Source: Salinispira sp.
Lineage (GTDB): Bacteria; Spirochaetota; Spirochaetia; DSM-27196; Salinispiraceae
Assembly: GCA_965226555.1 (NCBI GenBank)
Contig: CBDDDG010000010.1
Coordinates: 64,001-128,000, forward strand
DNA length: 64,000 nt
Direction of reading: 5' to 3'
Shown here: in pieces, positions 9,300 through 17,844 of the stretch
Position numbering within the stretch: position 1 is the stretch's first letter
How the letters are laid out: the number at the start of each line of letters is the position of its first letter
Program-made: the position numbers and the translations under genes
The notes under the pieces: model-generated
The model's input: only the letters and a program-made list of their open reading frames with translations
Databases searched by the model: none
What the model was told of the DNA's origin: nothing

Positions 9300-10568
9300 C
9301 TAAACATTCTTATGGAAAGTTTTGCCGGCACATTCCAATGCCTGACTGAAATCTGCCTTCAGATCTTCAATATCCTCAAGTCCGAGAGATATTCTCAACA
9401 TACCGGGGGTTACTCCCGCTTCCTTCTTCTTTTGTTCTGAAGAATCTCGAAAAATCGTGCTTGCCGGATGCACTGCCAAGGTTCGTGAATCGCCGAGATT
9501 CGTCATATTACGTACCAATTTCAGCGCTTTTCCAAAGGAAAATGCCCGTTCCTTGCTCCCGAAGTCTATTGTTATGAGGGCGCCGCCGCCATGAGGCATG
9601 TACTTTACAACACGTGTATAGTACGGCGAAGATTTCAGACCGGGATAATGTACTGCTTCTTCTCCCATCTGCCGCGCAAGATATTCGGCAAGATATTTGG
9701 CGTTTTCAAACTGCCGTTCAACCCTGAGGTGCATGGTTTCCAGACTGAAACCGGTGAGAGCCGCGGCCGCAGGCTGCTGAGTCATACCAAGATTCTGCAG
9801 GGCCTGATAGCGAAAGCTTGCAAGAAAGGCATTGTCCTTTCCGAAGCGGGCAGAAAAATCCTGCAGAACAGGGTCCCGCGACTGTGTCCAGTCGTATGTT
9901 CCCTTGTCAATCAATGCTCCGCCAAGTACGGTATTGTTCCCTGCCATAAACTTTGTGCTGCTGTGCATCTCAAGAGCAACGGGAGCAGGAGAAAGATCCA
10001 GAAAACCCGGAGGGGTGAGGGTTGAGTCGAGAAAAACCGGCAGATTCTTTTCTTCGGCAATCGCCGTTACCGTTTCAAGATCCTGGAGATCGAGGGCAGG
10101 ATTACCCATGGACTCACAGAATAGTAAAACTGCTGTGGGAGTGTTTTTTACGACCTTTCTGAGAGCTTCGGAATCGTGAAAATTGGTATACGCAACGTTC
10201 AGACCAAGTTTGCTGAAGAGCCTGTCGAAGAGGGCAATGGTTCCGCCGAAAATTGCCCGGTGGGCAATAATTGTGTCGCCGGCTGAGGCGAGGGTAAGTA
10301 CGGCGCCGCTGATTGCTGCCATCCCTGTTGCGGTGAGTACTGCTCCTCTTCCCCCTGTTATGGCGGCAATTTTCCGCTCAATATTCATAAGGGTCGGATT
10401 CTGAATGCGCCCGTAAATATAGCCGAATTTCTGCCCGGCAAAGACCTTTTCAAGATCGGCAGGGTTCTCGTATGCAAATGCCGAATTCAGATAAAGAGGA
10501 AATTGTGTTGCGCCGAACTGATCGTTCTGCGACTGAAGTATGCGCGTCTGAGCGGCATAATCATTCAT
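9300..10568 (-). CDS. O-acetylhomoserine sulfhydrylase / trans-sulfuration PLP enzyme (MetY-like)
   Basis: YIYGRIQNPT, ATGMAAI, HSSTKF (PLP lysine), NLGDSRTLAVHPAST and RISLGLEDIEDL motifs. Confidence 0.88.
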   Translation of the reverse strand: MNDYAAQTRILQSQNDQFGATQFPLYLNSAFAYENPADLEKVFAGQKFGYIYGRIQNPTLMNIERKIAAITGGRGAVLTATGMAAISGAVLTLASAGDTIIAHRAIFGGTIALFDRLFSKLGLNVAYTNFHDSEALRKVVKNTPTAVLLFCESMGNPALDLQDLETVTAIAEEKNLPVFLDSTLTPPGFLDLSPAPVALEMHSSTKFMAGNNTVLGGALIDKGTYDWTQSRDPVLQDFSARFGKDNAFLASFRYQALQNLGMTQQPAAAALTGFSLETMHLRVERQFENAKYLAEYLARQMGEEAVHYPGLKSSPYYTRVVKYMPHGGGALITIDFGSKERAFSFGKALKLVRNMTNLGDSRTLAVHPASTIFRDSSEQKKKEAGVTPGMLRISLGLEDIEDLKADFSQALECAGKTFHKNV

Positions 10569-10800
10569 TTCCTCCTCCCATAAAATAGAGAAAATTAATT
10601 TCATCGCCGTCAGATATAACGATTGTCGAAAATTCATCTCTGTTCAGAATGCGTCCGTTATGCTGAACGGAAACCATATCGGGCGATTCAACATCCTGAA
10701 TTTCAAGGAGCTTTTCAATATGTAATTGTTCTTCTGTCTGCACACTGACAGTATCATTATTAATTGTCAGCGTGAGTGTTCCTATAGTTTTTTCGGACAT
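10561..10800 (-). CDS. ThiS-like sulfur carrier protein (HcyS-like) with masked di-glycine
   Basis: Beta-grasp ThiS pattern VSVQHNGRIL...DGDEINFLYFMGGG followed by NE. Confidence 0.92.
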   Translation of the reverse strand: MSEKTIGTLTLTINNDTVSVQTEEQLHIEKLLEIQDVESPDMVSVQHNGRILNRDEFSTIVISDGDEINFLYFMGGGNE

Positions 10801-11088
10801 ACATGGCCTCCACTAAAAATATAGTTCCAAAACTATAGTATGTCAATATAATTTGTCAAGATTAATAAAATATTAATAAAAAGAGACCGTTGCATAATCC
10901 ATGGTTCTATTGAGATGGGGAAGGTTGATAAAAATTTGGGGTAAAACTGGCTGATAATGCCATCTGAGCGCCCGCGAAGGATCGCATTTTGCTCATTTCT
11001 GCCCGTTTTCGGGCTGGTTTCCGGCGCGTAGGCAGGCGATCCCTGTCGGCTTCTGCCGTTTTCCCAAATGCGGCTGCTAAGCCGCCCA

Positions 11089-11200
11089 TTAATGCGATCC
11101 GTTCCGCACTGTCCGCATACTGTTTTCTCCTCCTGAATATCCGAGGATTTTCAAAAGCATATTTCCAGCTATGTACCATACCGATATGATTTTTTCTCAT
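11089..11200 (-). pseudogene. Chimeric rpn remnant
   Basis: Rpn N-terminal fragment (MVHSWKYAFENPRIF) fused to the SD/ATG of the 13781-type small ORF and then to the 3' end (MRTVRNGSH*) of the 40280-type ORF. Confidence 0.7.
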
Positions 11201-11492
11201 ACCATATAGACGGGTAAAATATGAATGGTGAATATGAGAAATTTTTGTAATTATTTTTATTATTTTGGGATATTACTGTTGGACCTGACCCCGGCGCGGG
11301 GCGCGCTGAAGTAGCGCTGCTACGCTTCACCGTTTTTCTGAAATGCTCGAATTTCATCTCCGCTGAGATTGGTGATATCATGAATAATGTCCATCGATAT
11401 GCCCTTCCTGAGCATTTTGAGTACCTGCTCACGTTGGGTTCGATCATGTTCACGCTGGAGCTCAGCACGCCCCTGCTCAAGCCCCTGCTCAA
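11135..11492. repeat. Direct repeat of about 358 bp, copy 1 (copy 2 at 13249..13606)
   Basis: Near-identical sequence at offset 2114. Confidence 0.92.
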
Positions 11493-11544
11493 ACCTGTGC
11501 TCAACACCTGCCCGCCATGGCTTATCTAAAAGATCTACCAACAT
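11320..11544 (-). CDS. Stand-alone small Rpn C-terminal protein (RpnS-like)
   Basis: GAGGAGG SD; EQGLEQG repeat plus terminal KMLRKGISMDIIHDITNLSGDEI helix-turn-helix-like motif typical of Rpn C-termini. Confidence 0.7.
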   Translation of the reverse strand: MLVDLLDKPWRAGVEHRFEQGLEQGRAELQREHDRTQREQVLKMLRKGISMDIIHDITNLSGDEIRAFQKNGEA

Positions 11545-11596
11545 ACGTTTTACCTCCTCAGGATGTTCCTGCCGGCTGCAGGCCGAGCAACGTCAA

Positions 11597-12013
11597 TTAA
11601 TGCGATCCGTTCCGCAATGTCCGCATTTCCTCATCGCTCAGCCCGGTAATCCTCTGAACAGCCTCGGTCGACAACCCTTCCAAAAACATACTGCGGGCGT
11701 TTTTTCTCCGCTCCTCAATATGCCCCTCCGCGCGACCTGCCTGTAGCCCCTTTTGAAGTCCTTCTTCACGACCTGTCTGCAGTCCTTCCTGTCGACCTGT
11801 TTGCAATCCTTCTTCACGACCTGTTCGCAGTCCTGTCTGCAGTCCTTCCTGCCGACCTGTCTGCAGTCCTTCCTGTCGACCTGTTTGCAATCCTTCTTCA
11901 CGACCTGTTCGCAGTCCTGTCTGCAGTCCTTCCTGCCGACCTGTCTGCAATCCTTCCTGCCGACCCATTTCCGCAATGCGCGCTCTGAATGTTTCCGCAT
12001 TCATTCTGAACAT
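11597..12013 (-). CDS. Nested in-frame small ORF (RpnS-like) inside the rpn gene
   Basis: Internal TAAGGAGGT SD shortly upstream of in-frame ATG 12013 (MFRMNAETF). Confidence 0.7.
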   Translation of the reverse strand: MFRMNAETFRARIAEMGRQEGLQTGRQEGLQTGLRTGREEGLQTGRQEGLQTGRQEGLQTGLRTGREEGLQTGRQEGLQTGREEGLQKGLQAGRAEGHIEERRKNARSMFLEGLSTEAVQRITGLSDEEMRTLRNGSH

Positions 12014-12781
12014 TTTCGCTACCTCCTTACCTCTCGGTTCTTTTGTTCTTTCTAATTGGTTCATTAGCGTATCTAAATCTATAACAATTCCGAACATCGA
12101 ATCTACCACGCCAATAAATTCCTTTATCAGCTCCAGCGATTCTTCATTCAGCATTTCTGCTATCGCTTTCTCCACCTTCTGAATGTCCCAATCCGTATTC
12201 AGCAGATTTTTCGAGTACAGATCAAGGTACATAACAGCCGCAAACATTCTTCCCCGCTGCTGCAGCTGCTCCGCAGAATAATCGCTCTCGCTAATAAGAT
12301 CGTAGGGAAAAGGAGCAAGATACTGCGGGAATTCCCGCTTCCGTTGCTTTCTGACATTCCCCGGCACCTTCCATTTTCTCGTACCATTATAGAACACAAT
12401 GGGAAGAAATACCACCTCGCAGTCATCGGGAATTGCGCCGGAGCGGTGAATGTTCCGATAGAGCAGATTCGTGTACTCCGACATGCGGAGGGGCATGTCT
12501 TTGTTCACTCCAGACTGATGCTCAAGGAGCACATAGATAGCAACATCTCCCGTGTGATCCCGACTCCTGATTTTGCAGACAATGTCGGCCATTCGTGTTT
12601 TTGCATGGTCAATGAAAAAGGTACCGTTTTCAATGGTTATATCCTCGGTTCGCAATTTTTTCGTCCATGCGCCTCCGACAAATCGTTGAAGAAATTGGAG
12701 CATTATTGCGGGTTGGAACAGCAGGGAGCGGTAGCCTTGGTCGTAGGGAACGGGGGCGGGTTTTTCTTTGAAATCGATCAT
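11597..12781 (-). CDS. Rpn-family recombination-promoting nuclease/putative transposase (PD-(D/E)XK), full length
   Basis: YDQGYRSLL, MADIVCKI, YVLLEHQS...MPLRMSEY, PIVFYNG motifs; C-terminal GRQEGLQT repeats and ARSM...ITGLS; AGGAGG before ATG 12781. Confidence 0.92.
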   Translation of the reverse strand: MIDFKEKPAPVPYDQGYRSLLFQPAIMLQFLQRFVGGAWTKKLRTEDITIENGTFFIDHAKTRMADIVCKIRSRDHTGDVAIYVLLEHQSGVNKDMPLRMSEYTNLLYRNIHRSGAIPDDCEVVFLPIVFYNGTRKWKVPGNVRKQRKREFPQYLAPFPYDLISESDYSAEQLQQRGRMFAAVMYLDLYSKNLLNTDWDIQKVEKAIAEMLNEESLELIKEFIGVVDSMFGIVIDLDTLMNQLERTKEPRGKEVAKMFRMNAETFRARIAEMGRQEGLQTGRQEGLQTGLRTGREEGLQTGRQEGLQTGRQEGLQTGLRTGREEGLQTGRQEGLQTGREEGLQKGLQAGRAEGHIEERRKNARSMFLEGLSTEAVQRITGLSDEEMRTLRNGSH

Positions 12782-12797
12782 ACAATCCTCCTGAACG

Positions 12798-12850
12798 AAA
12801 GTTTTGCTACTGGAAATTGTGCTTGCACAATTTTCCAATGCAAAAATTTC
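12798..12850. repeat. Palindromic element immediately upstream of the rpn SD
   Basis: Long-type palindrome, flanked on both sides by CTGAACG. Confidence 0.85.
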
Positions 12851-12989
12851 TGAACGTTTCTTTCTGAATAGGGGAGCTCCCATGGCGACATGGTCCCATG
12901 GTGAATTCTCCCTTATATATCTATAACGGGTAAAATGTCATTCTTGACTATGTATTTTGAAAGAATTTGAAAAAAGTTTTGATACTGAA

Positions 12990-13314
12990 TAGAACTTTCC
13001 GCTCGGGCTCATCCCTGAAGGGGGCGCTGACAACGAGATCGCAGTGAAGGTTCTTTTTTCCTGCAATGTAGCTGGGGGTTTCAATGCGGATTTTGTCCAT
13101 GTCCAGCTTGGCAAGTGTTGTATCCTCACAGAACAGCCGCAGCAGGTCGGGAATGGGGGCTGGTATGCTCTGTGTTGATGCTCTCCATGCTCCCGGGGAC
13201 AATGCTCCGCGCGAGGTCTTTGTTGAAGTATGAATATATGAAATCCCGGAATATCCGGGGATTTTCAAAAGCATATTTCCAGCTATGTACCATACCGATA
13301 TGATTTTTTCTCAT
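12990..13314 (-). pseudogene. Chimeric rpn N-terminal fragments
   Basis: Pieces matching about 14860..14997 and about 14545..14686, joined at GTCGGGAAT; frames broken. Confidence 0.75.
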
Positions 13315-13606
13315 ACCATATAGACGGGTAAAATATGAATGGTGAATATGAGAAATTTTTGTAATTATTTTTATTATTTTGGGATATTACTGTTGGACCT
13401 GACCCCGGCGCGGGGCGCGCTGAAGTAGCGCTGCTACGCTTCACCGTTTTTCTGAAATGCTCGAATTTCATCTCCGCTGAGATTGGTGATATCATGAATA
13501 ATGTCCATCGATATGCCCTTCCTGAGCATTTTGAGTACCTGCTCACGTTGGGTTCGATCATGTTCACGCTGGAGCTCAGCACGCCCCTGCTCAAGCCCCT
13601 GCTCAA
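13249..13606. repeat. Direct repeat of about 358 bp, copy 2
   Basis: Matches 11135..11492. Confidence 0.92.
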
Positions 13607-13781
13607 GACCTTCAACCCGGCCTTTCAGAATGCCTTTCTCCATTCCTTTTGCAATGCCTTTCTCCATTCCTTTTGCAATGCCTTTCTCCATTCCTTTCAG
13701 AATGCCCTTCTCCATTCCCTCAATCCGGCCCTTCGCAATGCCTTCCCTTACGAAGGCGTTGGTAATATTATATGTCCGCAT
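13434..13781 (-). CDS. Small Rpn C-terminal protein (RpnS-like), intact remainder of an interrupted rpn gene
   Basis: AGGAG SD then MRTYNITNAFVREG; (GMEKGIAK)n repeats; terminal helix-turn-helix-like motif. Confidence 0.75.
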   Translation of the reverse strand: MRTYNITNAFVREGIAKGRIEGMEKGILKGMEKGIAKGMEKGIAKGMEKGILKGRVEGLEQGLEQGRAELQREHDRTQREQVLKMLRKGISMDIIHDITNLSGDEIRAFQKNGEA

Positions 13782-13798
13782 ACTGTTTTCTCCTACTG

Positions 13799-13922
13799 AA
13801 ACTTTTGCATTGGAAAATTGTGCAGAGCACAATTTCCAGTAGCAAAAGTTTCACATTTGGCAGGCCTCGTTGCGCTTGGCATTCTCTCATTTTGTAGAAA
13901 GTTTTGCCTGTGGCAAAACTTT
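13799..13922. repeat. Composite palindromic element (long + linker + short)
   Basis: Long palindrome 13799..13851, linker ending CATTCTCTCATTTTGTAG, short palindrome AAAGTTTTGCCTGTGGCAAAACTTT. Confidence 0.85.
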
Positions 13923-14080
13923 GTCCAGGGTACAGTTCCCTGTCAATTTTCTCAAACTGCTCATACAGTCCCAAATCTTTTAGATAGCCTAACACACTTT
14001 CTGCCAGATCAGTAAAGTCTTGTGATGACAGACCGTTCAGAAGCTGCGCAATCTCTTTCAGCCCCTCATCGTTCATTTCA

Positions 14081-14178
14081 CTGAAAATTGTGCTCTGCAC
14101 AATTTTCAAATGAGGATTCTCTCATCTATACTCTTGATTCTCTCACGGTATAGAAAGTTTTTCCTAAAGGAAAAACTT
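14081..14178. repeat. Composite palindromic element, degenerate
   Basis: TGAAAATTGTGCTCTGCACAATTTTCA, linker ending ATTCTCTCACGGTATAG, then AAAGTTTTTCCTAAAGGAAAAACTTT. Confidence 0.75.
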
Positions 14179-14808
14179 TGTTATTATCTCGCATTATATA
14201 CCACAATGCAGTCGATGTATATCGTTTTCCATCGAAACGCCATGCCAACTGCCTTTTGTCCATTCGCCTCAGATCGCGCACAATGTACGACACTCTCGCC
14301 CTGACATCCACCGTGCCTTCGGTAAGGGATTCGGAAGCAGCATTTCCATGTAAACTGTAAAATGTGAGTGGGAGGTTCCATTCATTTTTTCCATGGTAGA
14401 ACAGAAGTATATAGATAGCATCATTTTCATTGTACACATTGCTGTTTCTGAGGGCATATTGGTAGTCATCGATCTGTGTGAGAGCATGTTTATTCAGGTA
14501 GCTTTTGTGTTCAATAATAAATAGGGCCTTCCGGTCGGGGTCTGACAGGAAGGGGGCACTGACAACGAGATCGCAGTGAAGGTTCTTTTTTCCCGCAATG
14601 TAGCTGGGATTTTCAATGCGAATTTTGTCCATGTCCAGCTTGGTAAGAATCGTATCCGTACAGAACAGCCGCAGCAGGTCGGGAATCAGCCGGGGGGTTC
14701 GGTAGTAGGCGATCTTGAAGGCTATGTCGTGGATGTGGCCTGTGCTCTGGGATGATTTTTTCATAAACATTCCTCCTACATCTATAACGGGTAAAAAGTC
14801 ATTCTTGA

Positions 14809-15012
14809 CTATGTTTTTGGAAAGCATTTTGCAAAATTTGTGAATTTTTTTCGGGGAGTCGGGAATGGGGGGCTGGTATGCTCTGTGTTGATGCTCTCCA
14901 TGCTCCCGGGGACAATGCTCCGCGCGAGGTCTTTGTTGAAGTATGAATATATGAAATCCCGGAATATCTGAGGATTTTCAAAAACATATTTCCAGCTTTG
15001 ATCATGCACCAT
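14809..15012 (-). pseudogene. Rpn N-terminal fragment (third family)
   Basis: MVHDQSWKYVFENPQIFRDFI resembles the Rpn HD-x-x-FK start; truncated after about 48 codons. Confidence 0.7.
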
Positions 15013-15194
15013 ACCACATAAACAGGATATGCGCGCATGGTGAATGATGTTATGAGAAATTTTTTGAAAAAGTTTCTATTATTTTGAGATATTAGCCTGA
15101 TCCAGACGTATGGGCGAGCAGAAGGCATGGCGAGCCAACGCGGAGCACCGACCAGCCTAGGAGACGCAGCCTCCCCGACCAGCCGTCTTGCTCG

Positions 15195-15238
15195 AAAAAA
15201 GGCAGGCACGGGGGCTGGTCGGCGCCCCATGCCTGCCT
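15195..15238 (-). terminator. Rho-independent terminator of the Fn3/FG-GAP gene
   Basis: AGGCAGGCATGGGG...CCCCGTGCCTGCCT hairpin plus T run; homologous to 1368..1401. Confidence 0.7.
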
Positions 15239-15291
15239 GAGTTGAATTGCAACGTTTCATTAGCCGCTGGGGGCTTCCGCCCTACTGGTTG

Positions 15292-17424
15292 CTATTTGGT
15301 GAAAATGTATATTTTGCCAGAATCAACGCCAGCCGTATTATCATCAGTCCGCCGCGCGCCGACAATCGCAGTATCTCCATTCAGAGCAACGCTATATCCA
15401 AAATTCTCATTTGCTGGCGCACCATCAGTTTCTAGTTTTTGCCGCTGGGTCCAGCCGTTGCCGCTGACATCCTTGGTGAAAATGTAAGCACTGCCCTGCT
15501 CTGTAGTACCAGTACTATCCTGAAATGCGCCGACAATCGCAGTATCTCCATCAATGGCAACACTAATTCCAAAATAATCATTTAGTTGTCCGTCAGATGC
15601 CGTCAGTTTGACTTCATTGCCCCAGCCACTGTCGCCCTTGGTAAAAATGTATGCGGTACCGGAAGCATCGCCTTTATCATCACCATTAGACTCTCCGACA
15701 ATCACGGTATCTCCATCAATGGCAACACTAGTTCCAAACAGATCATCTATATCAGTTGGCGTCAGTTTGACTTCATTTCCCCAGCCACTGTCGCCCTTGG
15801 TAAAAATGTATACGCCGGAATTGGTGCTCAGTGAACTCCCCGGCGCGCCGATAACCGCGGTAGTTCCATCAATGGCAACACTAGTTCCAAAGAAACTAAT
15901 TGCAGCTCCATCAGATGCCGTTAGGTTGACTCCATCGTCCCAGCCATCGGCACTGCTATCCTTGGTGAAAATGTAAGCGCTGCCATGATCATTATCATCA
16001 TCATCAGTATTAGTATCATCAGTATCATCCCAATATGCGCCAACAATCGCAGTATCTCCATCAATGGCAACACTAATTCCAAAATAATCATTTGGTTGTC
16101 CGTCAGTTGCCATCAGTTTTGCCTGCTGGGTCCAGCCGTTGCCAGTGGTATCCTTGGTGAACACATACGCGCTGCCGGAATTCATGCCGTTAGCATTAGT
16201 CTCAAAATACGCACCGACAATCGCAGTAGTTCCATCGTCATCCAGATCAACAGTGATTCCAAAATAATCACCTGCAGCCGCGTCACTTGCCTCCAGTTTT
16301 GCCTGCTGGGTCCAGCCGTTGCCAGTGGTATCCTTGGTGAACACATACGCGCTGCCAGCATTACTACTATCCTTATATGCACCGACAATCGCAGTGTCTC
16401 CATCTTCATCCAGAGCAACAGTGATTCCAAACTGATCACCTGCAGCCGCGTCAGATGCCAAGCGTTCGATTTTGTTCGGAAAAAGAAGTAGTAAAACGGT
16501 AGCGCTATTCGACCATGCGCCATCGCCCACAGCGTTAACGGCGCGTACCTGTACGTGGTAGCGAGTGCCGTTTGTGAGGTCTGTGATGGTGTGGCTTGTG
16601 CCGGTGATTTCGGATGCTTCAATTAATGTCCATGTGGTTCCGCCGTCTGAGCTATATTGCAGCTCATACCCGGTAATTTCGCTGCCGCCGTCATCATCGG
16701 GCGCTGTCCATGTAACCGTAAGCGAAGCGTTCCCCGCTTCGAGAGTGGGAGTAGTCGGCGCGTCAGGAACAGTGGAAGATGCTGTAGGGGTTGCAGTGGC
16801 AGATTCCGACCATGCGCCGCTTTCTCCGCTCGCGTTGACCGCGCGTACCTGTACTTCGTAGCTGGTACCGCTTGTTAGCCCGGTAATGACGTGGTTTGTG
16901 CTGGTAATACCGGAGGTGAGCTCCGTCCAGCTCCCCTTGCCGTCTTCCCTGTGGCGCAGGTGGTAGGAGCTAATGGCGCTCCCGCCGGTATCGGTCGGCG
17001 CTGTCCATGTCACCGTCAGTTGCTCATTCCCTGCTTCGAGAGTGGGAGCAGCCGGCGCTGCAGGAAGGGTAGCGAGAGGCCTTGCGGTGGCAGATGGCGA
17101 CCAATCGCCTTCTCCGTTCGCGTTGACCGCGCGCACTTGCACCTCATAACCGGTACCGTTTGTTAGTCCGGCAATGGTGGAGCTTGTACCGTCAATGCCC
17201 TCGGTAATATCCGTCCAGCTTCCGCTGCCTTCTTCAGCATGGCGCAGGTGATAGTCGGTTACATTGTGACCGTCAAGCGCATCCCACGAAACCGCAATTG
17301 TTCCGCTTCCCGCCGTTAGCTGCGGCATGGACATGGCAGGCGGCGCGCTACCATCTACCGGTACAGGATCAGTACTCGGAACAGGATCTGGCCCCGGACA
17401 CCCAGCAAGCAACGCGGCACACAC
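15292..17424 (-). CDS. Fn3 x3 + FG-GAP repeat (integrin-alpha-like propeller) lipoprotein; start uncertain
   Basis: Lipobox LLAG-C; three Fn3 domains; about seven ASD..GD.FG.SVAIDGDTAIVGA...SGSAYIF repeats. Confidence 0.88.
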   Translation of the reverse strand: MCAALLAGCPGPDPVPSTDPVPVDGSAPPAMSMPQLTAGSGTIAVSWDALDGHNVTDYHLRHAEEGSGSWTDITEGIDGTSSTIAGLTNGTGYEVQVRAVNANGEGDWSPSATARPLATLPAAPAAPTLEAGNEQLTVTWTAPTDTGGSAISSYHLRHREDGKGSWTELTSGITSTNHVITGLTSGTSYEVQVRAVNASGESGAWSESATATPTASSTVPDAPTTPTLEAGNASLTVTWTAPDDDGGSEITGYELQYSSDGGTTWTLIEASEITGTSHTITDLTNGTRYHVQVRAVNAVGDGAWSNSATVLLLLFPNKIERLASDAAAGDQFGITVALDEDGDTAIVGAYKDSSNAGSAYVFTKDTTGNGWTQQAKLEASDAAAGDYFGITVDLDDDGTTAIVGAYFETNANGMNSGSAYVFTKDTTGNGWTQQAKLMATDGQPNDYFGISVAIDGDTAIVGAYWDDTDDTNTDDDDNDHGSAYIFTKDSSADGWDDGVNLTASDGAAISFFGTSVAIDGTTAVIGAPGSSLSTNSGVYIFTKGDSGWGNEVKLTPTDIDDLFGTSVAIDGDTVIVGESNGDDKGDASGTAYIFTKGDSGWGNEVKLTASDGQLNDYFGISVAIDGDTAIVGAFQDSTGTTEQGSAYIFTKDVSGNGWTQRQKLETDGAPANENFGYSVALNGDTAIVGARRTDDNTAGVDSGKIYIFTK

Positions 17425-17534
17425 CGCGCAGCATACGACAAACAGGGAGTACTTCCCTATATTATACCACAGTTTTGCATTGCCGGTAGCAAAGGTTTCT
17501 ACACAATATCAGTAATTTTTAATTTTTGCAACTT

Positions 17535-17714
17535 TTACAGAAACAGGCAGGCATCGACTGCCCCAAAGGTGTAGCAGGGATGTTGTCCCTACCGCGAGTA
17601 TCGCCTTGCCTGAATGTTTATGCTCTGTAATAAGATCTGCGGTGTCTTCATCAATTTCATACTCTTCACTATGCATTGTGTGTTCCCGCAGATCATCGCT
17701 GCGGATCGGCAGGC
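17535..17714 (-). pseudogene. Internally deleted duplicate of the queA 3' end
   Basis: Three consecutive blocks match about 32586..32607, about 32736..32761 and about 32837..32975 of the intact queA. Confidence 0.88.
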
Positions 17715-17844
17715 TTGGCAGGAATTGGAAAATACCGCATAATGGAATGGGCAGCTTGGTGCCGTGCCGCCAATGGCGCGAGCATCAGCAGATATCAGAG
17801 TCCATCAATATTACATGAGAGGAGATCACATGAGAGGAGCACAT

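Larger units (their letters stand above)
13782..14764 (-). pseudogene. Second-family rpn gene interrupted by palindromic elements
   Basis: HIHDIAFK, HCDLVVS, FIIEHKSY and LLFYHGK Rpn motifs; frame broken at 14081..14178 and 13799..13922, where palindromes lie. Confidence 0.8.

Noticed and set aside
8420..10800. Thiamine or molybdopterin biosynthesis reading of ThiS/ThiF
   Set aside because: No thiG/thiH or moaE nearby; the MetY-like and JAMM partners point to sulfur amino-acid synthesis.
11638..12055. Cys-rich repeat ORFs (GRKDCRQ / SFLPTCLQ) overlapping rpn, also at 40238..40583 and 47984..48305
   Set aside because: Alternative-frame and antisense shadows of the 12/24-bp coding repeat.
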